This document shows, piece by piece, positions 8,007 to 17,525 of a stretch of 64,000 bases of DNA (position 1 is the stretch's first letter; each line of letters begins with the position of its first letter). The notes beneath the pieces were generated by a model that searched no databases, had not been told where the DNA came from, and saw only the letters and a program-made list of their open reading frames with translations. Location: positions 1 through 64,000 of IMG/VR virus record IMGVR_UViG_3300006092_000342; one strand, 5' to 3'. A program made the position numbers and the translations under genes. Origin of the DNA: a virus. Taxonomy: Duplodnaviria; Caudoviricetes.

Positions 8007-10471
8007 TATACGCTAATTGTAAAATAATCTACTTGAACAATAAGGCTACCGGTTGTTGGAGCAGAATTAGTAATTCTTAACTCTTCTCCATCACCCCCAA
8101 TACCAACAATACCAGATCCAGTTCCTTTTACAATACCAGAACCAGGCGCAATTCCAGGATGAGATAATATCATTTTTGCAACACCATCTGCTCCACTAGA
8201 TCCTTGTGTGGGTACATTTGCAGTCCCAAAACCAATCCTTACACTTGTATTTACTGTATTTGCAGCAGAAGCTGTAACAGTAATACAGGTAATTACATAA
8301 ATAGTACCTGTAGATATAGCTGGCAAAATATTATCATCTGTTTGAGCTGCAGTTGTATAATATTCCGCAGATTGTATATTTGGATGCCCACCAATCGCAA
8401 AAGGAATGCCATGAACATTTGTATAAGCATTACTTCTATCTCCTGCAGCTACAGCACTTGGATTACTACCATGAGCTACGGCTTTTCCTCCTATTTTTAT
8501 AGGATTTCCGGAATCAACACTGTCATGCGGAGTTCCACCACCAACGGCTGCTGCATCTACAGCATTTGTTCCTGTTTCATCTACAACGCCTTGTCTTAAA
8601 CCTCTTGTTGTACCATCTTCTAGTACATTAACAATAGCTCTCTTAGAATCTATTCTTGCGGCTGCAATATCATTTTCAGTTAATGCTGTTCCTGCAGTTT
8701 CATCAAAGACATAACCTACTCCTAATATTTTTGAGGAATTATCTGTGAATCCTGCATTATCTGTATAAACAGTGTCATCAATGAGCTGTAGCGAGGTAAG
8801 TGCTGCTCCGTTTTCTTGAACCACAAATGTTCCTCCATTATCTACAGTTATGGAATTTCCTCCATCTTGGATATTAACTGCAGAACCTCCTGAAGCATTG
8901 TTAATAGTAACATCCCCTATGTCTGTGCCAGGTTGCGCAGTAGCTAATACACTTAATTCACCAGCAGCAGTAATAGCCGCTGTATCTGTACCATCAGTTA
9001 ATTTAACTGAACCTATTGTATTTGTACCAGTAGGTAAAGCAGGTAATGTTAACACATCAACTTGCATCTCAGTCCCAGAGACTGCTCCTGCTATTGTATC
9101 TATTTTGGTACTGATATTCGAAGTATCAGCATCGATTGTTGTAAGAAGCGCTTCAATTCCATCAACATGGCCAATTATTGTAGCTTGGTTTGCTGCCGTT
9201 GCCGCGCCACTTGGAAGAGCCGAAGATGTTACTGTAACATCATTATTTGCTCCTAAATTAACAAGAAGTCCATCAGTTTGATTTCCAGGTGTTCTGTCCC
9301 AATTTGCCCCATCCCAAATCATCCCAAAGGCTCCCACTGCCGGGGCTGTTGGGTTCGCTGTGTTGTCTGCTAAAGCTGCTGCTGCAGGTAATTCTGTGTC
9401 CACTGGAACCGGAGTGGCTCTCAATTGAGCGTCTGTAAGGGGACCCGTAACGGCCACACTGCCAGAAATTATAACTACAGAACCAGAAGCATCAACCTTG
9501 TCTGTCGCAAAAACTAAATCCCGTATATCTAAGTCTGTAGCTTGAACAGTAACAATAGGCATAGTTAGTACATCAACCTGCATTTCTGCTCCTGAAACTG
9601 CACCAGCAATTGTATCTATTTTTGTACTGATATTCGAAGTATCAGCATCGATTGTTGTAAGAAGCGCTTCAATTCCATCAACATGGCCAATTATTGTAGC
9701 TTGGTTTGCTGCCGTTGCCGCACCACTTGGAAGTGCGGAAGATAATACATCTATTTGTAATTCTCCGTTACTATCTGTTTTAATTGCCTGTGGATTAGTA
9801 CCATCTTGGCCTAATATCGCAATACCTTTAACTACAGTTCCAGAACCATCAGTATAAATTGCATCATCTATTAATTCTACTGCTGTTTTTATTGCCGCAC
9901 TATTATCTTCAGTCACTAAACCCTTAGATCCGCTGATAAAATTATCAATAGTTTCCACAGCGGTCTTTACAGATTGTAAAGTAGCTTCTAAAGCTAATGC
10001 AGATGTATTTAAATTTGTACCTGCATTAGCAGTTACATTTCCAGATATAGTTAATGTACCTGCTAAACTTGTTATTATAGTACCTAATGCTGTTAAAATA
10101 GCAGCACTGTTATCTTCTGTTACTAAACCTCTTGATCCACTAATAAAATTATCAATAGTTTCTACTGCAGTTTTGATTGCTAAACTATTGTCCTCAGTTA
10201 CTAATCCTCTAGAACCACTGATAAAGTTATCAATAATCTCTACAGCGGTTTTTATATTAGCTAAGGTAGCTTCGGTAGCTAAATTCCCAGCTTGTGTATT
10301 AAGAGCTGCTAAGGTAGCTTCTGTCGCTGCCCCTGTAGGTAAAGGTAATACTGTAACAGAAACTGGTTGTGTAACTCCAGAACCATCTACAGAGACAGCC
10401 CCCGCTATAGAAATACTAGCAACATTTCCGGCAAGATCTCGTAATATTATACTTTCAAAGTAACCACTCAT
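8006..10471 (-). CDS. Long repetitive tail fibre protein
   Basis: Likely start ATG 10471 (ATGA overlap, upstream GGAGG); LPTGAATEATL, VTGPLTDAQLRATPVPV, three KTAVExIDNFISGSxGLVTEDNS and two ~60-aa repeats. Confidence 0.75.
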   Translation of the reverse strand: MSGYFESIILRDLAGNVASISIAGAVSVDGSGVTQPVSVTVLPLPTGAATEATLAALNTQAGNLATEATLANIKTAVEIIDNFISGSRGLVTEDNSLAIKTAVETIDNFISGSRGLVTEDNSAAILTALGTIITSLAGTLTISGNVTANAGTNLNTSALALEATLQSVKTAVETIDNFISGSKGLVTEDNSAAIKTAVELIDDAIYTDGSGTVVKGIAILGQDGTNPQAIKTDSNGELQIDVLSSALPSGAATAANQATIIGHVDGIEALLTTIDADTSNISTKIDTIAGAVSGAEMQVDVLTMPIVTVQATDLDIRDLVFATDKVDASGSVVIISGSVAVTGPLTDAQLRATPVPVDTELPAAAALADNTANPTAPAVGAFGMIWDGANWDRTPGNQTDGLLVNLGANNDVTVTSSALPSGAATAANQATIIGHVDGIEALLTTIDADTSNISTKIDTIAGAVSGTEMQVDVLTLPALPTGTNTIGSVKLTDGTDTAAITAAGELSVLATAQPGTDIGDVTINNASGGSAVNIQDGGNSITVDNGGTFVVQENGAALTSLQLIDDTVYTDNAGFTDNSSKILGVGYVFDETAGTALTENDIAAARIDSKRAIVNVLEDGTTRGLRQGVVDETGTNAVDAAAVGGGTPHDSVDSGNPIKIGGKAVAHGSNPSAVAAGDRSNAYTNVHGIPFAIGGHPNIQSAEYYTTAAQTDDNILPAISTGTIYVITCITVTASAANTVNTSVRIGFGTANVPTQGSSGADGVAKMILSHPGIAPGSGIVKGTGSGIVGIGGDGEELRITNSAPTTGSLIVQVDYFTISV
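9108..9721. repeat. Perfect 98-bp direct repeat (9108-9205 and 9624-9721) inside the fibre gene
   Basis: Direct base-by-base comparison; offset 516 bp, in frame. Confidence 0.9.
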
Positions 10472-11406
10472 ACTATCCTCCAATTTAAGTTAGTACTCTT
10501 CAATCCCATTGCAGAATTTTGAAATAAAATTTCATACGTAGAATCTCCATTTATTAATTCTAATCCCAATGCATTAACCAAAACTTTATTTAAAGTACTA
10601 TCTATTTTTACAATAGTAAGGTTGACTTGATTTCCTACAGCAGTAGGAAGATTTACATTCACATCTCCTAACGTACAATCAACTAGTAAAAGATATTCAT
10701 TAGCTGTAAAAGCAAAATTATAAGGATCATCTGTAAAGTCAATCTCAATTACCGTATATCCGCTACTACCGCCTCCTGGTATATTTAGCGTGGCTATATT
10801 TCCAATACGAGTTAAAGTAGCTCCAGGTCCTGTCACATTAAATGTATCTACGGTTCCTTGTGAACCGAGAGGAACACCTTCATCTTCAAATAAAATACCT
10901 ACTTGTACATTTTTTAAATTATACCAATCATTCAAAACTTTTGATGTTATAAAATTAACATCATCAGTTCCTGCAATAGCTTGCGCCAATGTCGCATTTA
11001 TAGGGACGCTTCTTGAAAATTTCCATTCAATTCCGTCACTAATATAAAAACCATCTGATTTATAACCAGGAGGCCACCATGGAGTTCCTGTACTAGTGAG
11101 AACATAATAAATTACTCCTGGATTTAAAGCCGGATCTGGCAAATCAGCATAAGTATTTACGAAAGCCGTTACTCCCAAACTGTTGGGGAAACTAACCATT
11201 ACGCATTGCAATTCCCCATTATTATCATGCAGTACCGGAAACTGATCTCCTACCACAATAGGCGTAGGCGGTAAAGTAAGTTGTGCTTTCTTTAGTAAAT
11301 CACAAAGATTTGTACACTCAGTTAACGCTTTTACCTTACGTATCTCCTTATAAATCAAGGAATAAGGATTAGGATCGCCCTTAAAATAATTATTTTGGGG
11401 AGGCAT
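10468..11406 (-). CDS. Fibre/adaptor structural protein
   Basis: VNTYADLPDP, FEDEG...FNVTGPG, and LVDCT.G.VNVNLP.A......TIVKID...N.V fibre-type domains. Confidence 0.65.
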   Translation of the reverse strand: MPPQNNYFKGDPNPYSLIYKEIRKVKALTECTNLCDLLKKAQLTLPPTPIVVGDQFPVLHDNNGELQCVMVSFPNSLGVTAFVNTYADLPDPALNPGVIYYVLTSTGTPWWPPGYKSDGFYISDGIEWKFSRSVPINATLAQAIAGTDDVNFITSKVLNDWYNLKNVQVGILFEDEGVPLGSQGTVDTFNVTGPGATLTRIGNIATLNIPGGGSSGYTVIEIDFTDDPYNFAFTANEYLLLVDCTLGDVNVNLPTAVGNQVNLTIVKIDSTLNKVLVNALGLELINGDSTYEILFQNSAMGLKSTNLNWRIV

Positions 11407-11436
11407 ACTCCAAAAGTATTTAGTTTTTTACAAATA

Positions 11437-11464
11437 AATTATTTTGCCTTTAGACAAAATAATT
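11437..11464. promoter_or_regulatory. Perfect 10-bp inverted repeat in the divergent promoter region
   Basis: AATTATTTTG-CCTTTAGA-CAAAATAATT between the divergent starts at 11406 (-) and 11495 (+). Confidence 0.55.
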
Positions 11465-11494
11465 GTCCAATTCTCTTACCTTAGCCCCCCCGTT

Positions 11495-13387
11495 ATGAAT
11501 ATAATTTTAGTTGGTCCCCAGGAATTTGGATTTCCTCGTATGGAATTTCCTAAAGCCTTAGAATTTTTAAACGGTCTGGATGTCATTGATTTTGATACTG
11601 AAAACGATATTCCTACTCAGGAGCTGATATGCATGCAGTTAGGTAATTCTGAAACTCAAATCATATTTACCGAAAATTTTATCAAATTAAAACCTCTCCT
11701 AGAAACTAAAACCCTTAGAATTCAAAATGCACTTCATGATTTACGTTTTTTGTACCGATTAGGAATTTATCCCCGTTTCATTCGAGATACTTTCCTTCAA
11801 GAAATGATTTTAGAATGTGGAAAACAAACACTAGGTCCTTCTTTAAAAGCTGCAGGACTTTTTTCGTTAGTTCAGAAATATTGTAATATCACTCTTGATA
11901 AAAATCCTAGAAAAAATCCAACTCTAACTAAAGAGTTTTTGGAATATGCTGCAAAAGATATCATGTTTCTAGAAAGAATTGATAGACAACAACGTAAAAT
12001 TGCAGAAAGCCTCGACCTAATGCCAACATTTGATCTTGAAAATCAATATGTACGTCCTCTCGCTTATATTACTAATTGTGGATTCAAATTAAATGTAGAA
12101 GGTTTTAAAGAAAAAGTTAAGAAAGACATTTTAGAATTGAAACAAACAGAGGAGGAATTAAAACAAATTATACTTTCTGAACCTAAATTAAAAAAATTCG
12201 TTCATTGGGTTTCTGACCTTTTTAGCACTCCTATACAAGAATTAACTTTTAATTGGACTCAACCTAAAATGGTATTAGAAGTATTTCGTACTCTTGGATT
12301 TGTTTGGAGTGAAAAAGAAAAAGAAACTATTGATATTCGATTAATGGTAAAAAGTGAAGGACAACATCCTTTAATTGATGCTTATATCAAAGCTGCTAAA
12401 CTTAGTAAAAAAGTTTCAAGCTTTGGGCAAAATATTTTAGATGCTGTAGATATTGAAAATAGAATTCGCTCCAATTATATTCAAATAATTGCAACAGGTC
12501 GTCAAAGTTCTAGAGGAGAAACAGAAGACTCCGATTTAAAAGGAATCAACTTGCAGAATATTCCAAAATGGGGTGAAGAACGCAAATATTTTACATGTGA
12601 CAAAGGTAATGTTTTAGTTATTGGAGATTACGCCGGTCAAGAAACTAGAATCTTAGCCGAGTTTGCAAGAGATCCTAATTATGCAGCATACATAAGTCAT
12701 CCTGAAAAAGATTTACACTGTTTTATGGCGCAATGTGTTTGGCCTAAATATCGAATATATTCTCATAGCTACATAAAAGAAAATTTCCCTAAAGTTCGAA
12801 ATGATGCGAAACCCGGTACTTTTAGTATCCCTTATGGAGGAGATGGGCCCACTATCGCTAAAAATTTAAATATAGATATTGAAGAAGGTAAAAGAGCTTA
12901 TAATGAATTTATGTCCGAATTTAAAGGACTAACTCGCTATTTTGATCATGTAACTACTCAAGCTCTTAAACTAGGTTTTATTTTAGTCAATCCCGTTACA
13001 AAAAGAAAAATCTTTTTGAAGGATTTTACTACTTACCGAGAATTAAAATTTATAAAAAATCAAACGGCTTCCCAATGGAAATTTTGTAAATCTTATGAGA
13101 ATAAGCAAGGCCGATTAGCTCGTAATTATCCTATACAAGGTACAGGAAGTGACCAATTAAAAACAGCCATTATCTATTTATTTGATTTACTTTTAAAAAA
13201 CAATTTATTAAATATTGTAAAAATAGTAAATATCGTACATGATGAAATTGACATTGAGTGCCCGGAAAGGCTTGCTCCAAAAGTTAAAGTAGCTCTAGAT
13301 AATTGTATGGTAGCTGCAGGAAAGAAATATCTTAAAAAAATCCCTGTCAAAGTGGATATTCGAGTATCTAAATATTGGAAAGAATGA
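11495..13387 (+). CDS. polA: Family A DNA polymerase with 3'-5' exonuclease
   Basis: ExoI DFDTE, ExoII NALHD, ExoIII YAAKD; TGRQSS, NLQNIP, motif A DYAGQETR, motif B RNDAKPGTFSIPYG, NYPIQGT, motif C VHDEI; ATG 11495 preferred over TTG 11444. Confidence 0.95.
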   Translation: MNIILVGPQEFGFPRMEFPKALEFLNGLDVIDFDTENDIPTQELICMQLGNSETQIIFTENFIKLKPLLETKTLRIQNALHDLRFLYRLGIYPRFIRDTFLQEMILECGKQTLGPSLKAAGLFSLVQKYCNITLDKNPRKNPTLTKEFLEYAAKDIMFLERIDRQQRKIAESLDLMPTFDLENQYVRPLAYITNCGFKLNVEGFKEKVKKDILELKQTEEELKQIILSEPKLKKFVHWVSDLFSTPIQELTFNWTQPKMVLEVFRTLGFVWSEKEKETIDIRLMVKSEGQHPLIDAYIKAAKLSKKVSSFGQNILDAVDIENRIRSNYIQIIATGRQSSRGETEDSDLKGINLQNIPKWGEERKYFTCDKGNVLVIGDYAGQETRILAEFARDPNYAAYISHPEKDLHCFMAQCVWPKYRIYSHSYIKENFPKVRNDAKPGTFSIPYGGDGPTIAKNLNIDIEEGKRAYNEFMSEFKGLTRYFDHVTTQALKLGFILVNPVTKRKIFLKDFTTYRELKFIKNQTASQWKFCKSYENKQGRLARNYPIQGTGSDQLKTAIIYLFDLLLKNNLLNIVKIVNIVHDEIDIECPERLAPKVKVALDNCMVAAGKKYLKKIPVKVDIRVSKYWKE

Positions 13388-13818
13388 ATACTATTTTAAA
13401 AAAACACTTAGATAATCCTGAAATAAAAATCCCACTATTAAAACTGTTTTACGAACTTGGATATCTTACAAATCCTAGTGATGAAAACAGTCTCACCGAA
13501 AAAGCTTTAAAAAAAACTCCAAAAGTAAAATATGAAATGGATGGCCAACTTTACGAAAGAATTAAAGAACTCTGGCCTAAAGGACAATGGACATCTAGTT
13601 TAGCTGCTTGTAATGCTCAAGTAACAAAACTATTTAAGAATTTTCCTGATAAAAAAGATACAATGGTACATTGGGAAAAAGCAGCTAAATATTATTTAGC
13701 GACTACTTCTTATCATGGAGAACTTAAATACTTTTTTTATAAAGATAATGATTCTAGATTATTAAAAGCCTTAGAAGAACTTGCTAAAAAACCTCAGCAA
13801 ACATTTAAAGAAAGATGA
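13384..13818 (+). CDS. Hypothetical replication-module protein
   Basis: ATGA-coupled between PolA and the helicase. Confidence 0.7.
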   Translation: MNTILKKHLDNPEIKIPLLKLFYELGYLTNPSDENSLTEKALKKTPKVKYEMDGQLYERIKELWPKGQWTSSLAACNAQVTKLFKNFPDKKDTMVHWEKAAKYYLATTSYHGELKYFFYKDNDSRLLKALEELAKKPQQTFKER

Positions 13819-14933
13819 TTGTAAAAAAACGTTTAGCAGAATTACAAGTTAAATTAAGTAATCGCTTAAAAGGAATTAATAATTCTCTCGTTATTGGAAA
13901 CAATTTCAGAACGAATTGGGAATTTGGAGGAGGATTTATTCCCGGACAACTTATAGGTATTACGGGAGATACTGCCGGCGGTAAAACTAAATATACAAAA
14001 TATTTAATTTATCAGGTTTATCTGGCATATAAAGCTAATCGAAATCGAAACTTTAAAGTAATCTGGTTTGGATTAGAAGAAACAGACGAAGAATTTATCG
14101 ATTCCATTTTATGTACTTTATATTATTCGAAGTTCGGGAAAGATCTAGATTATGCTGTTCTTAATAGTTATCGTAATGATACGATGACTAAAGAAATTTG
14201 GACCAACCTTATTTCTTTGCAGTATATAGCTCAAGATTTTTGTAATCATATTATTCATACTGATGCGGATAAACCCGAAAACATGTTGGCATTTTGTGAA
14301 GAAGCTGTTCAATCTCAAGGAGATGCTACATTTCAAATAACCAATAACGAAGAAAAAAAGTACATACCTCTTAGCGTAACTAAATACATTGTAGTCGTAG
14401 ATCATACTTCTTTAATTAAACAAAATCTAGGAAAATATGATTCAAAACATGATGCAATCGAAAGATGGGTTACTGATTATGCTAAAAAAATTATAAGTAA
14501 AAAATGGGGATGGACTGTTGTAAATATTATGCAACAAGGTTTTGAAAGCAATAAAGCGAGTATATATACGCCGAAGGGAGTTATAAATCCGCGTCGTGTA
14601 GAACCTTCTATGGATAAACTAGGCAATAACAAAGAAATTGCCCGGGACCATTATATTATGATTGGATTATTTAACCCTTACGCTTTTGAAATTAAAGAAT
14701 ATCCTACTGAAGGTTATGACATTACTCTACTTGAAGACAATTATCGCTGTGCTATTTTTATGAAAAATCGTTTTGGACAATCCATGCGCAGAGTCCATTA
14801 CTGGTTTCATGGAAGTTCCTTTATTTTTAAAGAATTGCCTAGCTATAAAACACATGCAGATGAATTACAATTATTTTATAATAAATTAAACCTTTTAAAA
14901 AATGGCGGAAACGAAATCTCCGGAAGTTTCTAA
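13815..14933 (+). CDS. DnaB-like (SF4) replicative helicase
   Basis: Walker A GDTAGGKT, FGLEE, Walker B VVVDH, MQQ, KNRFG. Confidence 0.88.
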   Translation: MIVKKRLAELQVKLSNRLKGINNSLVIGNNFRTNWEFGGGFIPGQLIGITGDTAGGKTKYTKYLIYQVYLAYKANRNRNFKVIWFGLEETDEEFIDSILCTLYYSKFGKDLDYAVLNSYRNDTMTKEIWTNLISLQYIAQDFCNHIIHTDADKPENMLAFCEEAVQSQGDATFQITNNEEKKYIPLSVTKYIVVVDHTSLIKQNLGKYDSKHDAIERWVTDYAKKIISKKWGWTVVNIMQQGFESNKASIYTPKGVINPRRVEPSMDKLGNNKEIARDHYIMIGLFNPYAFEIKEYPTEGYDITLLEDNYRCAIFMKNRFGQSMRRVHYWFHGSSFIFKELPSYKTHADELQLFYNKLNLLKNGGNEISGSF

Positions 14934-15822
14934 ACAAACTCCTCCTCAATCGCCTGTTGTAAAAAAAGCTCCTGAATTTAGTTTTGGAGAAAAAATAACA
15001 ACAGGATCTCCTAGAATTCGATCTATGCTCATTATGGGCTCTAGAATGATCGGTAAAACTCGATTACTTACTCAATTACCTAAATCTTTAACTATTGACA
15101 TTCCAGGTCATGCTCAAAATTATGAATCCGTAGGTAATGTATTCGACCTTCAAACAGAAATGGAAAAAAAGAATAAACAACTAGTTCAAGCTGCTCAAGG
15201 AGGTCCCAGTCCCATTTTGTATAATCGCTATACTTTTTTATTAGCATATAGCGCTTATTTGGCAAAAACAAAAATTATTGATTTTATTAATTTAGACTCT
15301 TTAACTGATTTAGAAGAAGTCTGTTTACCAAAAGCTAATCAGCTGTATCGAAAAACTTCAGAAGGTGCAAACTATACCGGAGATAATGTTGTAGCAGATA
15401 TTGGATATGGCAAAGGACAAACTTTCCTAAAAGAAGCCGCAAAACCTATTATCACAAATTTACTAGCTGCTTCTAAAATTTGTACTATTTTTACAGGCCA
15501 TGTTACGGTGAAAAATAAGCCAAAAAAGACTAAAGAAGAAGTAGATACTGAAGAAACCGATGTAGATTTAACTTCTCAAATTAAAAAGTTAATTGCAGGA
15601 CAGGTAGAAGCTACAGCTCTTATGTATCGAGCCGCTAATGGTGCTCAAAACATTCTTAGCTTTGAAAATTATGGAGATACAATAATTATCGGAGGACGGC
15701 CCGGACATTTACAAAATCAAAAATTTGTGATTTCTGAAATGTTTGATGAAGAGGATAATCTATCTCCTACAGGTAGTAAACTAGTTACTCATTGGAAGTC
15801 AATATTTCCCGAACTTAATTAA
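14902..15822 (+). CDS. P-loop ATPase (AAA_24/Sak4-like)
   Basis: Walker A GSRMIGKT, Walker B LDSLT, IFTGH; GYGKG motif. Confidence 0.75.
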   Translation: MAETKSPEVSKQTPPQSPVVKKAPEFSFGEKITTGSPRIRSMLIMGSRMIGKTRLLTQLPKSLTIDIPGHAQNYESVGNVFDLQTEMEKKNKQLVQAAQGGPSPILYNRYTFLLAYSAYLAKTKIIDFINLDSLTDLEEVCLPKANQLYRKTSEGANYTGDNVVADIGYGKGQTFLKEAAKPIITNLLAASKICTIFTGHVTVKNKPKKTKEEVDTEETDVDLTSQIKKLIAGQVEATALMYRAANGAQNILSFENYGDTIIIGGRPGHLQNQKFVISEMFDEEDNLSPTGSKLVTHWKSIFPELN

Positions 15823-15840
15823 TAATCTAAATAAAAAAGA

Positions 15841-16545
15841 ATGTCAGAAACAAAATTCGGTTTTACAGATGATTTAGGTGTCCAGGATAATTATTTACCT
15901 GGAGGACAAATCCATAGTGGTTTAAAATTAATAAAAACCACGTATAGTACTGCAGAAGGTAATTCTCCAGAGAAATTAACTCTATCATTTAAAAATGATA
16001 ATGGAATTGCAGAAGTAGATATTTTAGCTCCTAATCTATCAAAAACAAAAGCTACTGCTAAAAAAACGAAAGAACAAATGTATGATTTCTTTAAACGGAA
16101 AACTAATAACCTGTTTATAGGGATTGCAAAAGCTTATCGATTAGATACAAAAAAACTTCCTCCTGCAGATACTTTTAAACAAACAGCCCTTACTTTAAGT
16201 GAAGCTTTAGAACCTCATATAAAAGCTAATCAAATGGCTTTTCATATTAAATTCACAAAGAATAAAGAAGGTTATACTCGTATAGCCGATGAAGGTCTGT
16301 TTATGGAAATAGATAATGGTCAACCAACTACCTTATTCTTTTCTGAACATGAGAAGAATATGAATTTGATACAGAAATCTAGCAATTCCACAGAAAGAGA
16401 ATCTTCTTTAGGAAATGTTTTTGAAACCCCGGAAAGCCTAGAACAGGCTTCCGACCTCAATTTTAATTCGGGGGAGGAAATTCCTGATCCTTTTGATCAA
16501 CAGACAATTGAAAATGAAGAAGAACAACCTTTTGATAAATTCTAA
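15841..16545 (+). CDS. Putative ssDNA-binding/recombination protein
   Basis: Follows the Sak4-like ATPase; acidic C-terminal tail ending EEEQPFDKF. Confidence 0.5.
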   Translation: MSETKFGFTDDLGVQDNYLPGGQIHSGLKLIKTTYSTAEGNSPEKLTLSFKNDNGIAEVDILAPNLSKTKATAKKTKEQMYDFFKRKTNNLFIGIAKAYRLDTKKLPPADTFKQTALTLSEALEPHIKANQMAFHIKFTKNKEGYTRIADEGLFMEIDNGQPTTLFFSEHEKNMNLIQKSSNSTERESSLGNVFETPESLEQASDLNFNSGEEIPDPFDQQTIENEEEQPFDKF

Positions 16546-17525
16546 TGTTTCGACTGAATCCTCAATCGTATGAAGACTTACTTTCTTTATATAATGAGGA
16601 AACTATTTATAATTACTATCTCGGACATTGTATATTAGACAAGCATTTTTATTCGGTTTTCCGCCAGGAAAAAACACCGTCCATGATGTTAAAAGTCAAG
16701 GGCGGTGTTATCCGGTGGTACGACTTCGGAAGGAGCAAAAATGAAGTTTCTGGGAGTCGTGCTATTAACTTAATAATGGATCTTCATGGGCTTACATATT
16801 ATGAAGCCTTAGATAAAATGTATGAAGACCTAGAAGAAGGAAAACCTCAAGAAATTATTGTAAATAGAAAAGAAGTTTTTTTATCAAAACAAATTAAATT
16901 TCAAGAAAGTCGTCCTCAATATGTTGATAATTACTTTAAATTATATAACATAACTCCGGAAACTCTTGATTTATTTAATGTATGGTATTGTACTCAATTT
17001 AGATTTAACAATAAACTTTGGCATAAAAGCAATGAAATAGACTTTATGGCCATTTACATGTTTAGCATTGAATTTCATGCTTGGCAAATTATACGTCCAT
17101 ATGCAGGAGTTACAGATACCAATAAATTGATTGATAAAAAGAAAAAGTTTAGACCCAATAACATGGAAGATGTTATAATGGGATTTAAACAACTCCCGAA
17201 ACATTGTCCGGTAATTATTATTAAAAAAGCATATAAAGAAGTATTAGTCGCTCATGAATGTAAAATACCTGCAGTTTGTAAGGTCGGAGAAAACAGAATT
17301 CTAGAACCTTTTGAAATTGATATTTTACGGAGTAAATGTGATCATCTTATTTATTTAGGTGATAATGATAAAACCGGTAAAAATATGCAGGAACAATACA
17401 AACGTTTAAAAATTCCTGCTTATGAATGTCCCGGTCCTGAGAAAGATCCTTCGGATTTAAGTAAAATACGAGGATTGGAAGAATTGAATAAATTTTATTA
17501 CAACTTATTAAAACCTTATGTCTAA
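16545..17525 (+). CDS. DNA primase (DnaG/Toprim, crAss-type)
   Basis: Degenerate Zn-binding domain SVFRQEKTPS...WYDFG; Toprim GDNDKTG; KDPSD. Confidence 0.85.
   Translation: MFRLNPQSYEDLLSLYNEETIYNYYLGHCILDKHFYSVFRQEKTPSMMLKVKGGVIRWYDFGRSKNEVSGSRAINLIMDLHGLTYYEALDKMYEDLEEGKPQEIIVNRKEVFLSKQIKFQESRPQYVDNYFKLYNITPETLDLFNVWYCTQFRFNNKLWHKSNEIDFMAIYMFSIEFHAWQIIRPYAGVTDTNKLIDKKKKFRPNNMEDVIMGFKQLPKHCPVIIIKKAYKEVLVAHECKIPAVCKVGENRILEPFEIDILRSKCDHLIYLGDNDKTGKNMQEQYKRLKIPAYECPGPEKDPSDLSKIRGLEELNKFYYNLLKPYV

Noticed and set aside
9108-9721. Repeat pair as DGR template and variable regions
   Set aside because: Both copies are in frame within one gene, the core is identical, flanking differences are mostly synonymous rather than adenine-specific, and no reverse transcriptase is in the window
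6351-11047. Plus-strand ORFs 6351, 6986, 7011, 7663, 8204, 8850, 9062, 10173, 10790
   Set aside because: Antisense shadows of Ala/Thr/Gly-rich fibre genes, with no motifs
11495-17525. Inteins, introns or homing endonucleases in replication genes
   Set aside because: PolA, helicase and primase are normal or compact in length with contiguous motifs
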